This document shows positions 11,901-23,125 of a stretch of DNA of 64,000 nucleotides, piece by piece. Source of the stretch: Phoronis australis (Eukaryota > Animalia > Phoronida). Positions within the stretch are counted from its first letter, which is position 1. Each line of letters opens with the position of its first letter. The position numbers and the translations under genes were made by a program. The DNA is taken from positions 441,831 to 505,830 of the forward strand of contig NMRA01000175.1 of NCBI GenBank assembly GCA_002633005.1, in the 5' to 3' direction. The notes under the pieces are model-generated. The model did no database searches and was not told where the DNA came from. It saw nothing but the letters and a program-made list of their open reading frames with translations.

Positions 11901-14900
11901 AAGAGCAGGCTCTACAAATTGCTTTGTCACCATGGCATCCAATTTTATGTGCCAAGTATAGAATTGAGGAATAACGAACTGTCGCTTCTTTACAAACCCA
12001 GAAATCACTTCTCTTCTGAGGGAAGAACAAGAAAAGACCAATTTTACATTCCTACAATAAGTGGTTCAAATCTGCTTTAACTTTCACTATTCATTCTGCA
12101 TTCCTACAGGGTGCCGTTGAAACATGCCAGTTGGTATTGGCTTCCTTTTTTTCAGGTGCGTTTCTCATTCCCTATTTCTTCTTCCTGGCCGTATGTGGCA
12201 TTCCTCTGTTCTACCTGGAGGTGGCGCTTGGGCAGTTCTCAAGTTCGAGTCCGTTGAGTGTTTGGAATATCTGCCCCCTCTTCAAAGGTTGGTGTATCAC
12301 CATGACGACTAATTCAGGAGCCACGCATGCATGCATAGAGGCCCTTGCTTGCACCTGCATTTGAAGCTGAGCTGATATCAGTCTGTTTTTTAAATATTTT
12401 TAAACATGTTCAACTTGACTCCATTAGTGCTTTGGCATTCACCCTCTTTCAAGTGTGCAATGTGTGTATGTATTTCAGTATTGAGCTGGGTCATACTTGC
12501 TCATAAATCTGCTGGCCATTATCTCAGTTGTCGAAAGCACAACATGTTTTCTGGTTGCATTTCACGGATACGTGATTTAGTACCTGATAACCATTTTAAT
12601 GGAGCATTCTTACGATTCTTGGCTTATGTGTCGCAAAGATTTCCTCAGGATTATGCAAAATAATTTCTAGTGTGACAGCTTGGTATTAAATGTATTCCAT
12701 CAGGTTTTCATAATTAAGTTAGATGGAAATCAAGTTGAAAGTTTTCAAAAAAGTTGTTGATATTTCTTCTCTTTTTGAAAGTCGATGAAATTTCGGAGCA
12801 GAAATTAAAAAATTCGTGTTTATTTTCAAATGATTAAATGTTAGTTTTTGCCTGATTTTCTCCTGGCTTTTCGCCAGACTAAACGCCAGACTAATTTTGA
12901 CAAAAAGTCTCATTTTTTAAAAACTACTGTGTCGTTATTTCCACACAGGCATCGGATACGGCATGCTCATCATGTCGTCCATCTTCTGCAACTACTATAA
13001 CATGATCTTCACTTGGGTGCTCTATTATCTGTTCCGCTCATTCACGACCGATCTGCCGTGGTCTCATTGTGACAACACAACGATCTGTTTTGACAGTTCA
13101 GAGAATCTCACCGTTGTCAATGGCAGCCACTGGAATGCAAGCTTCCTGGCATGGAATGCAAGTGATGTGGAGAACGTCACTGAAAAGAAAATGTCAGCGG
13201 CTGAGGAGTTCTGGCAGTGAGTGATGACTCATGGTGTGTTAGAATTCTAGCAGCAGTTATTTTTTACAAAAGTGTCATGCTCGAATCTTTATTGTGCAGC
13301 TGCTGTTGTCAAATAGTGTTTTGTAAATCCTGAGGCAATGGAAAAACCTTTAACAGTCTTTGCTATTTTTTACTAATCTTAACTGCGATTGGAATAAAAC
13401 ACCTCCATGCTGCCTTTATATGCCTAATGGTAGCTTAAAGTTCACTCGGTCGTGTTGATTAGACAATGGTCATAGCTACATGCTATTTTCAAAAAAGCAG
13501 AAGATGTTACTGCGTTATCAAAAATCACCACAATTTCCATGAAGCAAACATTTCCGACTAATTTTCAAGTTATTTTAGTTGCTTCCTCATCTGGTTCTAA
13601 TCTGTGTTTCTGTCATGGCTTCATCAGGGCCAGATGAATTTTGACAAATCTTGTCTTAAAACTACTGTAGACTGGTGGGACCCTTAATCCACAAACATCG
13701 ATGGGTGGCGTTACTTGATTTATTCTGATACCCAACAAAGAGCAGCACCGTTTGTAACCAGTTCATTCTCAGCGTAGCGTCTCCCCGTCTTCTTTAGATA
13801 CGAGGTACTGAACCTATCTTCAGGTATCGATGACCTTGGACAGATACAGTGGAAGCTCTTACTTTGCCTGATCCTTGCTTGGTTTCTCATATTTCTGTGC
13901 CTCTTCAAAGGAATCAAGTCGTTTGGAAAGGTAAGTGCTTAGAATATGAACACACCACCGTATGTAATGCACTCAAGTAGTGATTTGTGGTTTATTAACG
14001 AATAAGCAATAACTTCTACATTTCAAGTTTTAACTAAATGACTTGTCTTTTAAACTTCTCAACCCGAAAAGGTATCAGAGAACATCAACCCCATCCTAAT
14101 GCCTTATTTCTCCACCAGGTGGTGTATGTGACAGCAACAGTCCCCTATCTTCTACTTGTCATTCTTTTAGTTCGAGGGTTGACTCTGAAGGGGGCTGTGG
14201 ATGGAATCAAGTTTTATCTCATACCAGACTTCAGCAAACTTTGGAAGTTACAGGTACCATATTCTGTGAACGATACACAGTACTTAACACATACTAGTAG
14301 GCAGATTGAGAAGGATCCTGGAGCCCCTGGCCTAAAAGAAATGCCGTCGGCAGGCAATTTTTTGGGCTTGGGTGGCAGCTCTCGTTCGAAAATGTCCATT
14401 TGGCATCCTAGATCTGCCTGAGTGTACTATGAGATGATGTTAACTTAAAAGACCCCTGATTACTGTTTTTGTTAAGAAAGTCTTATTTTGCCAACTAACT
14501 ACATAAGATCAAAATTAGCTTGTTTAGGATGTGTGACATTCCTTAAAAATGTTATTATCCAAGGCTTTCCAACTGAGGAACTAAATCATCAGGGGGTTGG
14601 GTTTAAGATGAGTTCAACGAAAATAAAATGCATTTCAAAAGTGAAAATATTGAATATCCAGGGGTGGGTGTTTGGCCAAAAGTGGGTATTCACGCAAATA
14701 AAAAGGCAACAGAAATTTTTATCAACAGAATCCAGAGTGGTGTCGTGTTTTAGTATTGGTAGCACTTTGATAATTATGCACTTATTCAATTCACTATTAG
14801 TACATTTAGTCAGTATGAATAGGGTGTAGGGATTCAGTTATTTCCATGACGTATGCTGCTCACCCTGCTGTGGGCAATTTCTTCACTATTCTGGATGCCC

Positions 14901-17900
14901 TCTGTTACTTTTGATACGCCACCCTGAACATTATGTCCCCTTGACTCGAGCCTGTGAGATCCCGTCACTGCATAGATTTATTCCGCAGTCTTTTGCAGGT
15001 TTGGGGTGAAGCAGCCCTGCAGATATTCTACTCTCTGGGTCCAGCCTGGGGAGGCCTCATTACAATGTCCAGCTATAACAAGTTTCATCACAACATTCTC
15101 AGGTAGTGACCTTTTTTGTTAATCCTGAGGCTTTTGAGTTTATGAGGCCATTCCTTGTCACTTCTGTTTTTCATTATATGCTGTCATCAACCTGATCGGT
15201 CAGTGATGTGTTTTATTATGGAAAAAAATATAAATTTCATAATAATTGTTGTTGCTTATTGACTGATTAACAAGTTTCTTGGTTTATATTCATAAATAGG
15301 CAAAAAAAACAATTATTGATAAATGCATTTTTTGAATTGGGAATTTTTTGTTGTCTTTGCACTTCCTTGATGTTTTTACTTTCTGGTAGCTACAGTGCAA
15401 ATAAATTTTTGTTAGCCTAAACTGAGTTGTTTAATTGCTACGATTTTTATGCATACAGAGCACGTGATGGCTCATGCACCTACTTTCACAGCAAGGATCA
15501 GATATACAATAGGTCCCGGTGCAAGGCCTGTTTCACAAAAATGAATTTGAACTCCCGATGATGTACTAACATGTGATTACATTTTTGGGCACCTCGTATA
15601 TGTTGAATTAGTCATTTGCCACCCTTAAAATGACTTCATGTTGTTCAGTCGTTTCCCTTCTTTTCAGGGAAGCCATTTTTGTACCTATCATCAACAGTTT
15701 CACTAGTTTCTTTGCTGGCTTTGTCATCTTCTCCATTCTTGGTTTCATGGCCAGTGAGGCTGGAGTCACAATTGAGGACGTCGTCACTAGTGGTAGGTTG
15801 ATCTTCTGGCACCAGGGCCTTTTCTCTTAGCCAACCTGATGAATTAACCGTTAGCAACTTCCCAGATTACTAGTGCCCCCTCTCTCTGGTGCTGCCATAT
15901 TTAGGCACAACGCTGCATGTCCATTGGGCACTTGCTGCCATCCTGGTGTCTCTCTTAGGAAAACTTACTTAAGACTTAAGTCAGAAATTGTGATTTACCT
16001 TCTCAATTTAGAACTCAAATGTAATTGTTAGCTCATCACGTTGTTCTCCACGACCTGTTTGGACTCGACGCGGTAATGAGTTTGGATTTTGCCGCGTCGA
16101 GTTTGGGGAAAGCGCATCGAGTTTGGGGAACGCGTGTCAAGTTTAAAAATTGCTGCGCCAGGTTTGAACCTTGGCTGACTTGGTACTGCAGCCCTCAGCG
16201 TCTATCAGAGCCTGATTTTACCAACAGTAATCATATAGTTCACTTTAGTAAGAGGCAGTTAAACAGCACCATATTCACTGTATTAAGGTGCCCGGGGCGA
16301 GGGCGCTTATTATAACCCAAGGCAGTTGATACCTGGTCTCCGAAACGGATGAAATCGGAAGCTAGGATTCATCAAATTTATGCTATGTGATGTATCTGTA
16401 GCTTGTGACAGGCTTTCAATAAAACAACAAAAGTGTGGCGCATTGCTATCTAACTTTGTCATTGTTAAATTACGATCATTCAACAGAAGATTGTGCTGAA
16501 ATCCAAGAGCGAAAACTCGCCGACTTTTTGCGCCACTGCATAGCGATCGTTGACAGGGCTGCTTGAATAAAAATATAGTTTTGACTTAACAAATTACTTG
16601 AAATCTCACTGAAGTTTTCCAAATAGCGTCCCTAAGATTTTAAGTTTCTGTGGAGTCGCTATTATGAACAAGATAGGGTTAAATCTGCGCAAGATTTTAT
16701 CCAGCAACGTGAGCAAAACCTCTGGACGAACACATGTCATAGTCATGTGACCTTTGTTTTGAAGACCGTCTGCGTGTGTGAGTGAGTGAGCGCGTGCGTG
16801 TCATCAGCGTTCATTTGCCGGAGGTGTGCACTGTAACTAAAGAAATAACACAAGCAGCATCATGAGAACGCGTTTTATTTAGCGCTTGCTGATCACATCT
16901 ACTATTAAAACGTGCGAGAATTGTCTCGGTAGGGCCTAAGGCCAAATGTCGTTGAGTCGCCGGATGTGTGACAGTCTGAGTTATTTTCCGGGAGATTAGG
17001 GAGCGAAGGTGTCCACTATAAGTGGGGCATTTTATCAGGTAGTTTACTTTAAAAACATCAATTATGAATACATTGAAAAAGTGATTAATAACTATGAAGG
17101 CAATCTCTCTTAAAAACAACACAACAACTTTTACGGCATTAGAAACTTTCAAAAATTAGTGCCTGATATTTATTTCTTGCCAATATGGCTACCCGGCGTA
17201 GTTTCATCGATAGTTCCCGGAAGTCAAGTGACAGGTATGTAGTGCTTGCTTTCTGGCCACGTGCTTTTAACAACAAGTTTTTTATTAGTGAGACAGTCAT
17301 CAGTAGTTTTCACGTGTAGGCCCTACAAAGTGTTAAAAAGTAGGTCACACCTGACCAGTGCAACGTACATTAATTGAAACATATATAAATATCTCCAACG
17401 GAGATGTTTTAACGTCTCCGCTAGTCAACACTATAATGTTGACTACTGATACTGAACTCTAGAAATTTGCGTCGAGTTTGGAAACAAATAGGGATCTTCA
17501 ATCTGAGTACAAGAAGTCCCCAAAGCTGTGTTTCCTTTTTTTCTTTAACAATAATTGTGAAACAACTTTATGCGAGTCGATGAAAAAATCTAATCCATGA
17601 TTATTGTTACAGAATGCGAGGGCATGCTATGTGGTGATATTTTTTACTTGGATCAAAGATCATGATTCGTTTGGATTTATTACATACAGACAGTAGATTC
17701 AATTTGGAGTTTAGCTGCCTTTTTCGCTAAACTTGGTTCCAGCAACTTGAGTGCACAGTAGCTTAAACGAAACAAAAATGATGAGCACCCTCTCGTCAGA
17801 AGATCTGTGAAATTTCAGATTGAAAAGAGATGGCTAATTAACTAATTTGTGTACATTTTTTGAGAATAGCATAGTGAGTAAACATAGTGTAAAGAAGAGC

Positions 17901-20900
17901 TCATATTTAAGCTATGTTCACACCAACTAAACCAACTAAACCAGTGTGTATTACTGTAACTGTTACCGTTCACACCGACAGTGATAACCCTAGTTCGTGG
18001 TTTTAAGTCGCTTGTTGTCAGTGCTATTGCTTTCTGATTCTTTTCAATTAGTCCCTCTGCTTAATATTATTTCCATGGAGATTTGACAGCAGCACCACTT
18101 TCCAATTAAGTTACAACAGTAACTGCTGTGTTCAAACAGAGTCACAATAGTTATAACCACTTAGGTGTGAACAGGTTATATAGTATTCATCTGTTGAAGT
18201 CATCAGGGACCCACATTTCCTGTTCAAGTTAGCTTGTTTTTTCTTGTTTGCTTAAATTCTACTTGGTTTCTTCACCAGGGCCAGGTCTAGCCTTTGTAGT
18301 CTATCCTGAAGCCATCTCTAAACTTCCACTCTCACCCCTCTGGGCAGTTACATTCTTCACCATGTTGCTGACACTTGGCCTAGACACGCTGGTAAGGCAA
18401 ACAGCTGCTTGTCCTGATAGTGATTGTAGCAAGAGATTAGTCATTCCTTTGCTTACTGGTGCTGTGGGCCTATTTTAATAGTCTAGCAGATGAGTTATAA
18501 CTCATCTGTTATACTCAGTCTTTTAACGTGTCCTCAGGAACATTGAATATCTATTCTTTAGCCTGATATATTTTCTTTAAAGTTATTTAGGACACTAGAA
18601 AAATATCCACCTTAAATATTTATATCAAATGAAATTTAATCATGAGATTCAGGCAATTATCTTGCTGCCCATGCACCTTGACTTTTTGCTTATTTTTACG
18701 AAGAAAGACAGTTAAAAAGTTCTACAGGCTTTCCACGTTCAGATTTACTGAGTTAAAATCTATAGTTTTGTTGACACTTGGTGAAATTTGCAGGCCTGTT
18801 ATTAATGTTCTACATGACCTTATTATTACTTGGTGTCTTTTGACCAATTGTCTGTGCAAATTTGGAGGTTTTCCTGCGCCATTTAAGTTGCCTTTCTGCA
18901 ACTCCGCCGTGAAGGTGCTGCACTTCATAGAAACTGACTACTTTTCTTATTGTATTTTTTTCTAAAAAGTGGTAAGTGGCACAGACATGATTTTTTGAAA
19001 TGTTCCGCTACTGACTATTTGTGGCATGCATTTTAAGTCTGGTCAGCACGCCATCTGTTGGCTACATCATGTGACCTGATGAATATAAATCTGAAAAGAT
19101 TTCTGCCTCTGACCAAGACTCGAACCCAGGACCTTTTGCTAACTGTACATGGCTAGAGTGTCTGCACAGTTAGCAAAAGGTCCTGGGTTCGAGTCCCGGT
19201 TAGTGGCAGAAATATTTTCAGACTTATATGCATCAGTTCTCGTGATGTGGTCAACAGATGGCATGCCGACCAGACTTGAAATTTTAACAACATATTTTCT
19301 ACGTCGTATTGAGATTGACGTATTCATTTATGCTTTCGGAGTGTTGTGTTGCCTGATAGTGAGTCATTTTGTTTTCTGTAGAGTATCCTATAAAAATATG
19401 ACTTATTACCCTACGTAGTGTTGTCTGCTTTTTCTAGTTCAGTACCTTTGAGACAGTGATTAGCAGCCTAGTGGATGAGTTCCCCAAGTATCTACGCGGT
19501 CGTCACACCGTAGTATGCGCCTGTCTGTGTGTCATCCAGCTCCTTCTGAGTTTGCCTCTAATCACTCAAGTATGTATTAACACACTAACTTTAATTTACA
19601 GTCAATTGGAATGTTTAAAGAAGATAAAGATGTGCTGTTCTTTGTAATATTATTTCAGTCTGTAGTAATGTAAGTTTTAATTAATATGTCTAATGTTTTC
19701 ATTGGTAAAGTTTCCGTGTGTGTTTGTATTAAGTAGAGGAACCTTGCTCATGATTGCAACAGCTGTGTTGTTTGTGTAGCATGATTTTAATTTCTTCCTG
19801 TCTTTTAGGGCGGTATGTACGTGTTCCAAATTCTTGATTGGTACACAGGAGCATATACCATGATGGTGATTGCCCTTTTGGAGTGTGTCATCGTTAGCTG
19901 GATTTATGGTAAGTTGGGTAAATGGTACACCGGTTGCATGGTCAACAAGGTATGGTAAAGTAAGCGTGTTTCAAAGTAGGTGTATGGTAAGCTGAGTATT
20001 TGGTACACTGGGGGTATGATGAAGAAAGTGTGGCAAAACCAATGTTTGTTTTACTTTGTCGGTATAAGGTAAACTGGTGTGTTGTGTAATGGGTGTCTGG
20101 TAAACTTGGTAAATTGTAAACTGAAGGTACTGTTAATTTTGTATGTGACAAACTAGACATGTTGGAAATTGTGTACACTCTAAATTGTGGTTGCAAACTG
20201 TAGGTAGAGTTTATACTGGGACATTGTAAATTTATGATACAGTGAATATAGTATGTATACGGTTATCTGGGTAAACAATTAACTTGAGGCGCAATAAAAT
20301 GTATTTGATAAAGTGGTTATAAAGTGACATAATTGGCAAGAAAATTTTATATTTGATATCTGCCTCGAGACAAATTCAAACTCATGACCTCAGTGAATGC
20401 AGGCCAGTGCTTTTCACCGAGCTAATCCTGAAATGCGTTTTTCATCCGTAAAAGCACCGATTTCCCTTTAATAATCAAGTAAAGTGGATATTTGGTACAT
20501 TGGGCTCTATGGTAATTTATTGCCAATTCTAGTCTTGGACCAAAGTACTTATAGCAAGTACATTTAGCAATAGCAAGTACTTTAGCAATAGCAAGTACTT
20601 CGGCAATAATTAGTTCCATATTTACAAACAGACATCCAAATGTTACGTTTTAATGAAGAACAAGTGGAAAGAAAGCACATCTATGAAGTGAGCAGTGGAA
20701 ACAACTAATTTTTCAAAACTTCAGAGCCAGAATGAACAGATGAACAAACAATGGTCAAGGCCAGAGTTGGGACTTCATAGATGTGCTATAATTGTTTTTC
20801 AAAGAGAGGAAAGCTTCCAATTTAAGAATGTGGCTACATAGTCCTTCTTTTATGTGAAGAGTTCGGAGACCAATGTGAGTATGGAAACCAATGTGAAGAG

Positions 20901-23125
20901 TATGGAGACCAATGTCAATACATATCTGTTGGGTCTGCATTAGCTCCCAGACCTAATTATTGGTTTTTGATTGCAAACCTGTGAAATTCAGTTCATACGA
21001 ATAATTTCTTGCAGGTGCAAAACGATTCCGGAAAGAGATTGGCATGATGCTTGGTTCAATACCTAACATAGCATGGGAGGTGGTCTGGAGGGTTGTCACA
21101 CCTCTAGTCATACTGGTGAGTTGGCATGGCAGCTGGTCTCTCTAACTGGGTACCATTGACGTGTTCTATCATGAAAATGACAGCAATTCTGTTAATTCAC
21201 TGTTGGTTCCTACACATCAGTAGAAAGGTGGAGAATGACGAAATGGTTTCTCCATGCCGTGGAAAACTCATGGAAATTAGGGAAAATGGGAAAGGTCATG
21301 TAAGGAAAAGTTCATGAGATTAACATGACGCTGCTAATTTGGCATGATTTTTCACGAGTTCTCACTTTTCGTTATGTGTAGCAATGTTCAACAAAAATAC
21401 CGTGGTAGTAATGGTCTATTTTAATTTGTGGAAACGTAACTCCTGGAAAATAAGAATTACATGTTTATGAAATAGGGGAAGCATGCCTCACTTAACTGAG
21501 TTTATCTGGCTGTACTATGCTGATGATCTGAACTGTGTGGCCAATAGTATTGTCAATTAATTGAAATTGGTCTTTACTAATTAAATTAGTTTGCTTTTAA
21601 GTGGCTTGCCACTTTTGTTTTCCCACAACGTAACCACTGTTTCTGTCACTAGGGTGTGCTAGTGTTCAACCTCTACAGCTACAGGAACCCCACCTATGGC
21701 TCATATACGTTTCCGCCCTACATGGTTGGTATTGGTTGGGCAATAGCCTCTTTATCATTCATCCCCATCCCTGCCTACATGCTGTATGCTGTCACCACAT
21801 CTCGAGGCCCACTGATCAAGGTACGTATGTTATCATTCCAGCATCTCTATTAGTTAACCCCTATGTCAGCTTGACCCTCTCCCCTGAAATTTCAAAACTT
21901 TCATTTTTAGGCATCCATACTCCTCTTTACACTGTTGGAATTGCTTTTAAACTGCTAGAGTGTCTTTGTGAATTACCTATCTTTTGAGAAAGTTCCCTAA
22001 ACATACGCAACACACGTTTGACCAACGAAGAATCTGCTTCAGCAGCACCTTGTCTTATTGATGTGGGGAAAATACCCACTTTTGTTTATTAAGCAGACGT
22101 AAAATGGTTATTTTGGCCCATGTTCTTTCCTATATCGTTGCACTCGTGTGCCAAAAAAGGTGAAGGCATTTCCAAGTGCAAATTTTACCGTTCAGATAAA
22201 CACTCGTTCCCATGCTCAACGTAACGGCCAACTCCCGGATTTTTTAATTTCACAATTTAACAGCCCTAATGTTAACCTGGACTAAGTTAGTTTCTTGCAT
22301 CACCCTATAACATCAAAGGAAGACTTATTTTGTACTGGATTTCTAGTTTTAACTGAAATACACTAAAATATGAATAACAGAAAATGGATTTACTGGGATC
22401 AAAATGTTTTTGTGTTCCAAGAATCCCTAAGTTTCTTTTGCATGGCTAAGAAGTTTAAAAACGTCACAGTTGACTTCAACTGCATAGAAACAATGCAGCT
22501 GGCTTTCATACCATCTTAGCGGCCTCCACAGAACGAACACTTCTCATTCAACTACTACATACCTCAAATCCAACACAATTTTTGTCAGAAAACATAGAAA
22601 TAGTTTAAGCTTTTAATTGTTCTCTGTCTTGGCTCATCAGCTTTGTTGAAATTCATTATAAATTCATTGCCATAATCATGCTGTCAGATTACCACTGCTG
22701 TTAAGTTGGATATCAGGCAAATGAATTTCACGCAAAATGTCCAACGTTGTGCTATATCTGTGAGCAAATGAAACTGGGTTTTGGCTTTGTCAAATCAGCC
22801 TGTCTTACCAGGATTTGAAATTGAGCCAAGTGAAAGTCACATTCACGCACAAAATCTACGGGTGGCAAATATCTCTATGAGTAGATTTTGGCTGTGAGAG
22901 AAGTGTATTGTCTGCCATATCTGACTGCCTTATATAATACTTTAGAGAATCTCCACCCTACTGAAGCCCACGCCATCCTGGGGGCCGTGGCTTGATGAGT
23001 TCAGAGTGCACTATGATTACCAGACTGGACCCACAATGCCGTTAGACTTCAACAGGAGTCAAAGGTCAGACACTGCGTCTTCTCAGAAAGAGCTCAAAGA
23101 ACTCCTGGCAGAAGACTGTGTATGA
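8658..23125 (+). CDS. SLC6 (NSS) sodium- and chloride-dependent glycine transporter-like protein, 13 coding exons, 646 aa
   Basis: Exons 8658-8907, 12156-12287, 12949-13216, 13798-13930, 14119-14253, 14999-15102, 15668-15792, 18279-18391, 19438-19569, 19809-19908, 21015-21115, 21653-21820, 22946-23125. All introns are GT-AG with consistent phases; total 1941 nt. Motifs: [96 protein letters not shown]. The TM6 Trp (AWGG) is the glycine-transporter-type residue. Confidence 0.95.
9374..10612 (+). mobile_element. Helentron-associated (HINE/DINE-1-like) non-autonomous element in SLC6 intron 1
   Basis: 5' hairpin tacttggcgaaa/tttcgccaagta (9374-9401), 3' subterminal repeat tttcgccaagt (10574-10584) followed by stem-loop cgctcc-tc-ggagcg (10587-10600) and a T-rich end; internal ~145-bp duplication at 10265-10590. 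Confidence 0.65.
10706..10919. repeat. 30-bp minisatellite, 7 copies, each containing GGCCAATCAG
   Basis: Unit tgatg(g/a)caacgttgtggccaatcagtgctc. Confidence 0.95.
11139..11359 (+). mobile_element. SINE-like body fragment (inverted partner at 18881-19100)
   Basis: About 220 bp that is the near-identical reverse complement of 18881-19100; flanked by a ~135-bp direct duplication (about 11004-11140 and 11342-11470). Confidence 0.75.
12156..12287 (+). CDS. SLC6 transporter exon 2 (TM2)
   Basis: [28 protein letters not shown]...CPLFKG, AG/GT flanked. Confidence 0.95.
12949..13216 (+). CDS. SLC6 transporter exon 3 (TM3, EL2)
   Basis: [29 protein letters not shown]...LPWSHC...AAEEFW, donor gtgagt. 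Confidence 0.95.
13798..13930 (+). CDS. SLC6 transporter exon 4 (TM4)
   Basis: [44 protein letters not shown], donor gtaagt; absent from the ORF track. Confidence 0.95.
14119..14253 (+). CDS. SLC6 transporter exon 5 (TM5)
   Basis: [45 protein letters not shown]. Confidence 0.95.
14999..15102 (+). CDS. SLC6 transporter exon 6 (TM6)
   Basis: [35 protein letters not shown]; absent from the ORF track. Confidence 0.95.
15668..15792 (+). CDS. SLC6 transporter exon 7 (TM7)
   Basis: [28 protein letters not shown]...DVVTSG. Confidence 0.95.
18279..18391 (+). CDS. SLC6 transporter exon 8 (EL4, TM8)
   Basis: [38 protein letters not shown]. Confidence 0.95.
18881..19282. mobile_element. Two back-to-back tRNA-derived SINE copies forming a palindrome
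   Basis: B-box GGTTCGAGTC on both strands; perfect 30-bp inverted repeat at 19117-19146/19166-19195; arms extend imperfectly over 19030-19282. Confidence 0.7.
19438..19569 (+). CDS. SLC6 transporter exon 9 (TM9)
   Basis: [44 protein letters not shown]. Confidence 0.95.
19809..19908 (+). CDS. SLC6 transporter exon 10 (TM10)
   Basis: [34 protein letters not shown]. Confidence 0.95.
21015..21115 (+). CDS. SLC6 transporter exon 11 (TM11)
   Basis: [34 protein letters not shown]. Confidence 0.93.
21653..21820 (+). CDS. SLC6 transporter exon 12 (TM12)
   Basis: [45 protein letters not shown]...GPLIK. Confidence 0.95.
22946..23125 (+). CDS. SLC6 transporter terminal exon 13
   Basis: [14 protein letters not shown]...KELLAEDCV*, with the conserved PxxxWGP motif; TGA at 23123-23125. 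Confidence 0.9.
   Translation, partial: RISTLLKPTPSWGPWLDEFRVHYDYQTGPTMPLDFNRSQRSDTASSQKELKELLAEDCV

Noticed and set aside
12110-12155. Alternative upstream acceptor for SLC6 exon 2 (ttcctacag ending 12109)
   Set aside because: It adds 46 nt and shifts the frame; the 12156 acceptor restores the conserved NGGGAFLIPY.
19075-19100. Hammerhead-like CTGATGA...GAAA cores (also near 11143-11163 minus, 13604-13627 minus, and 53607)
   Set aside because: Stem II cannot pair and no compatible stems I/III with an NUH site were found.
19149-19200. tRNA gene
   Set aside because: Only A/B-box-like remnants; no acceptor stem or full cloverleaf, and it continues into a repeat body as expected for a SINE. 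The same applies to the other tRNA-like fragments.
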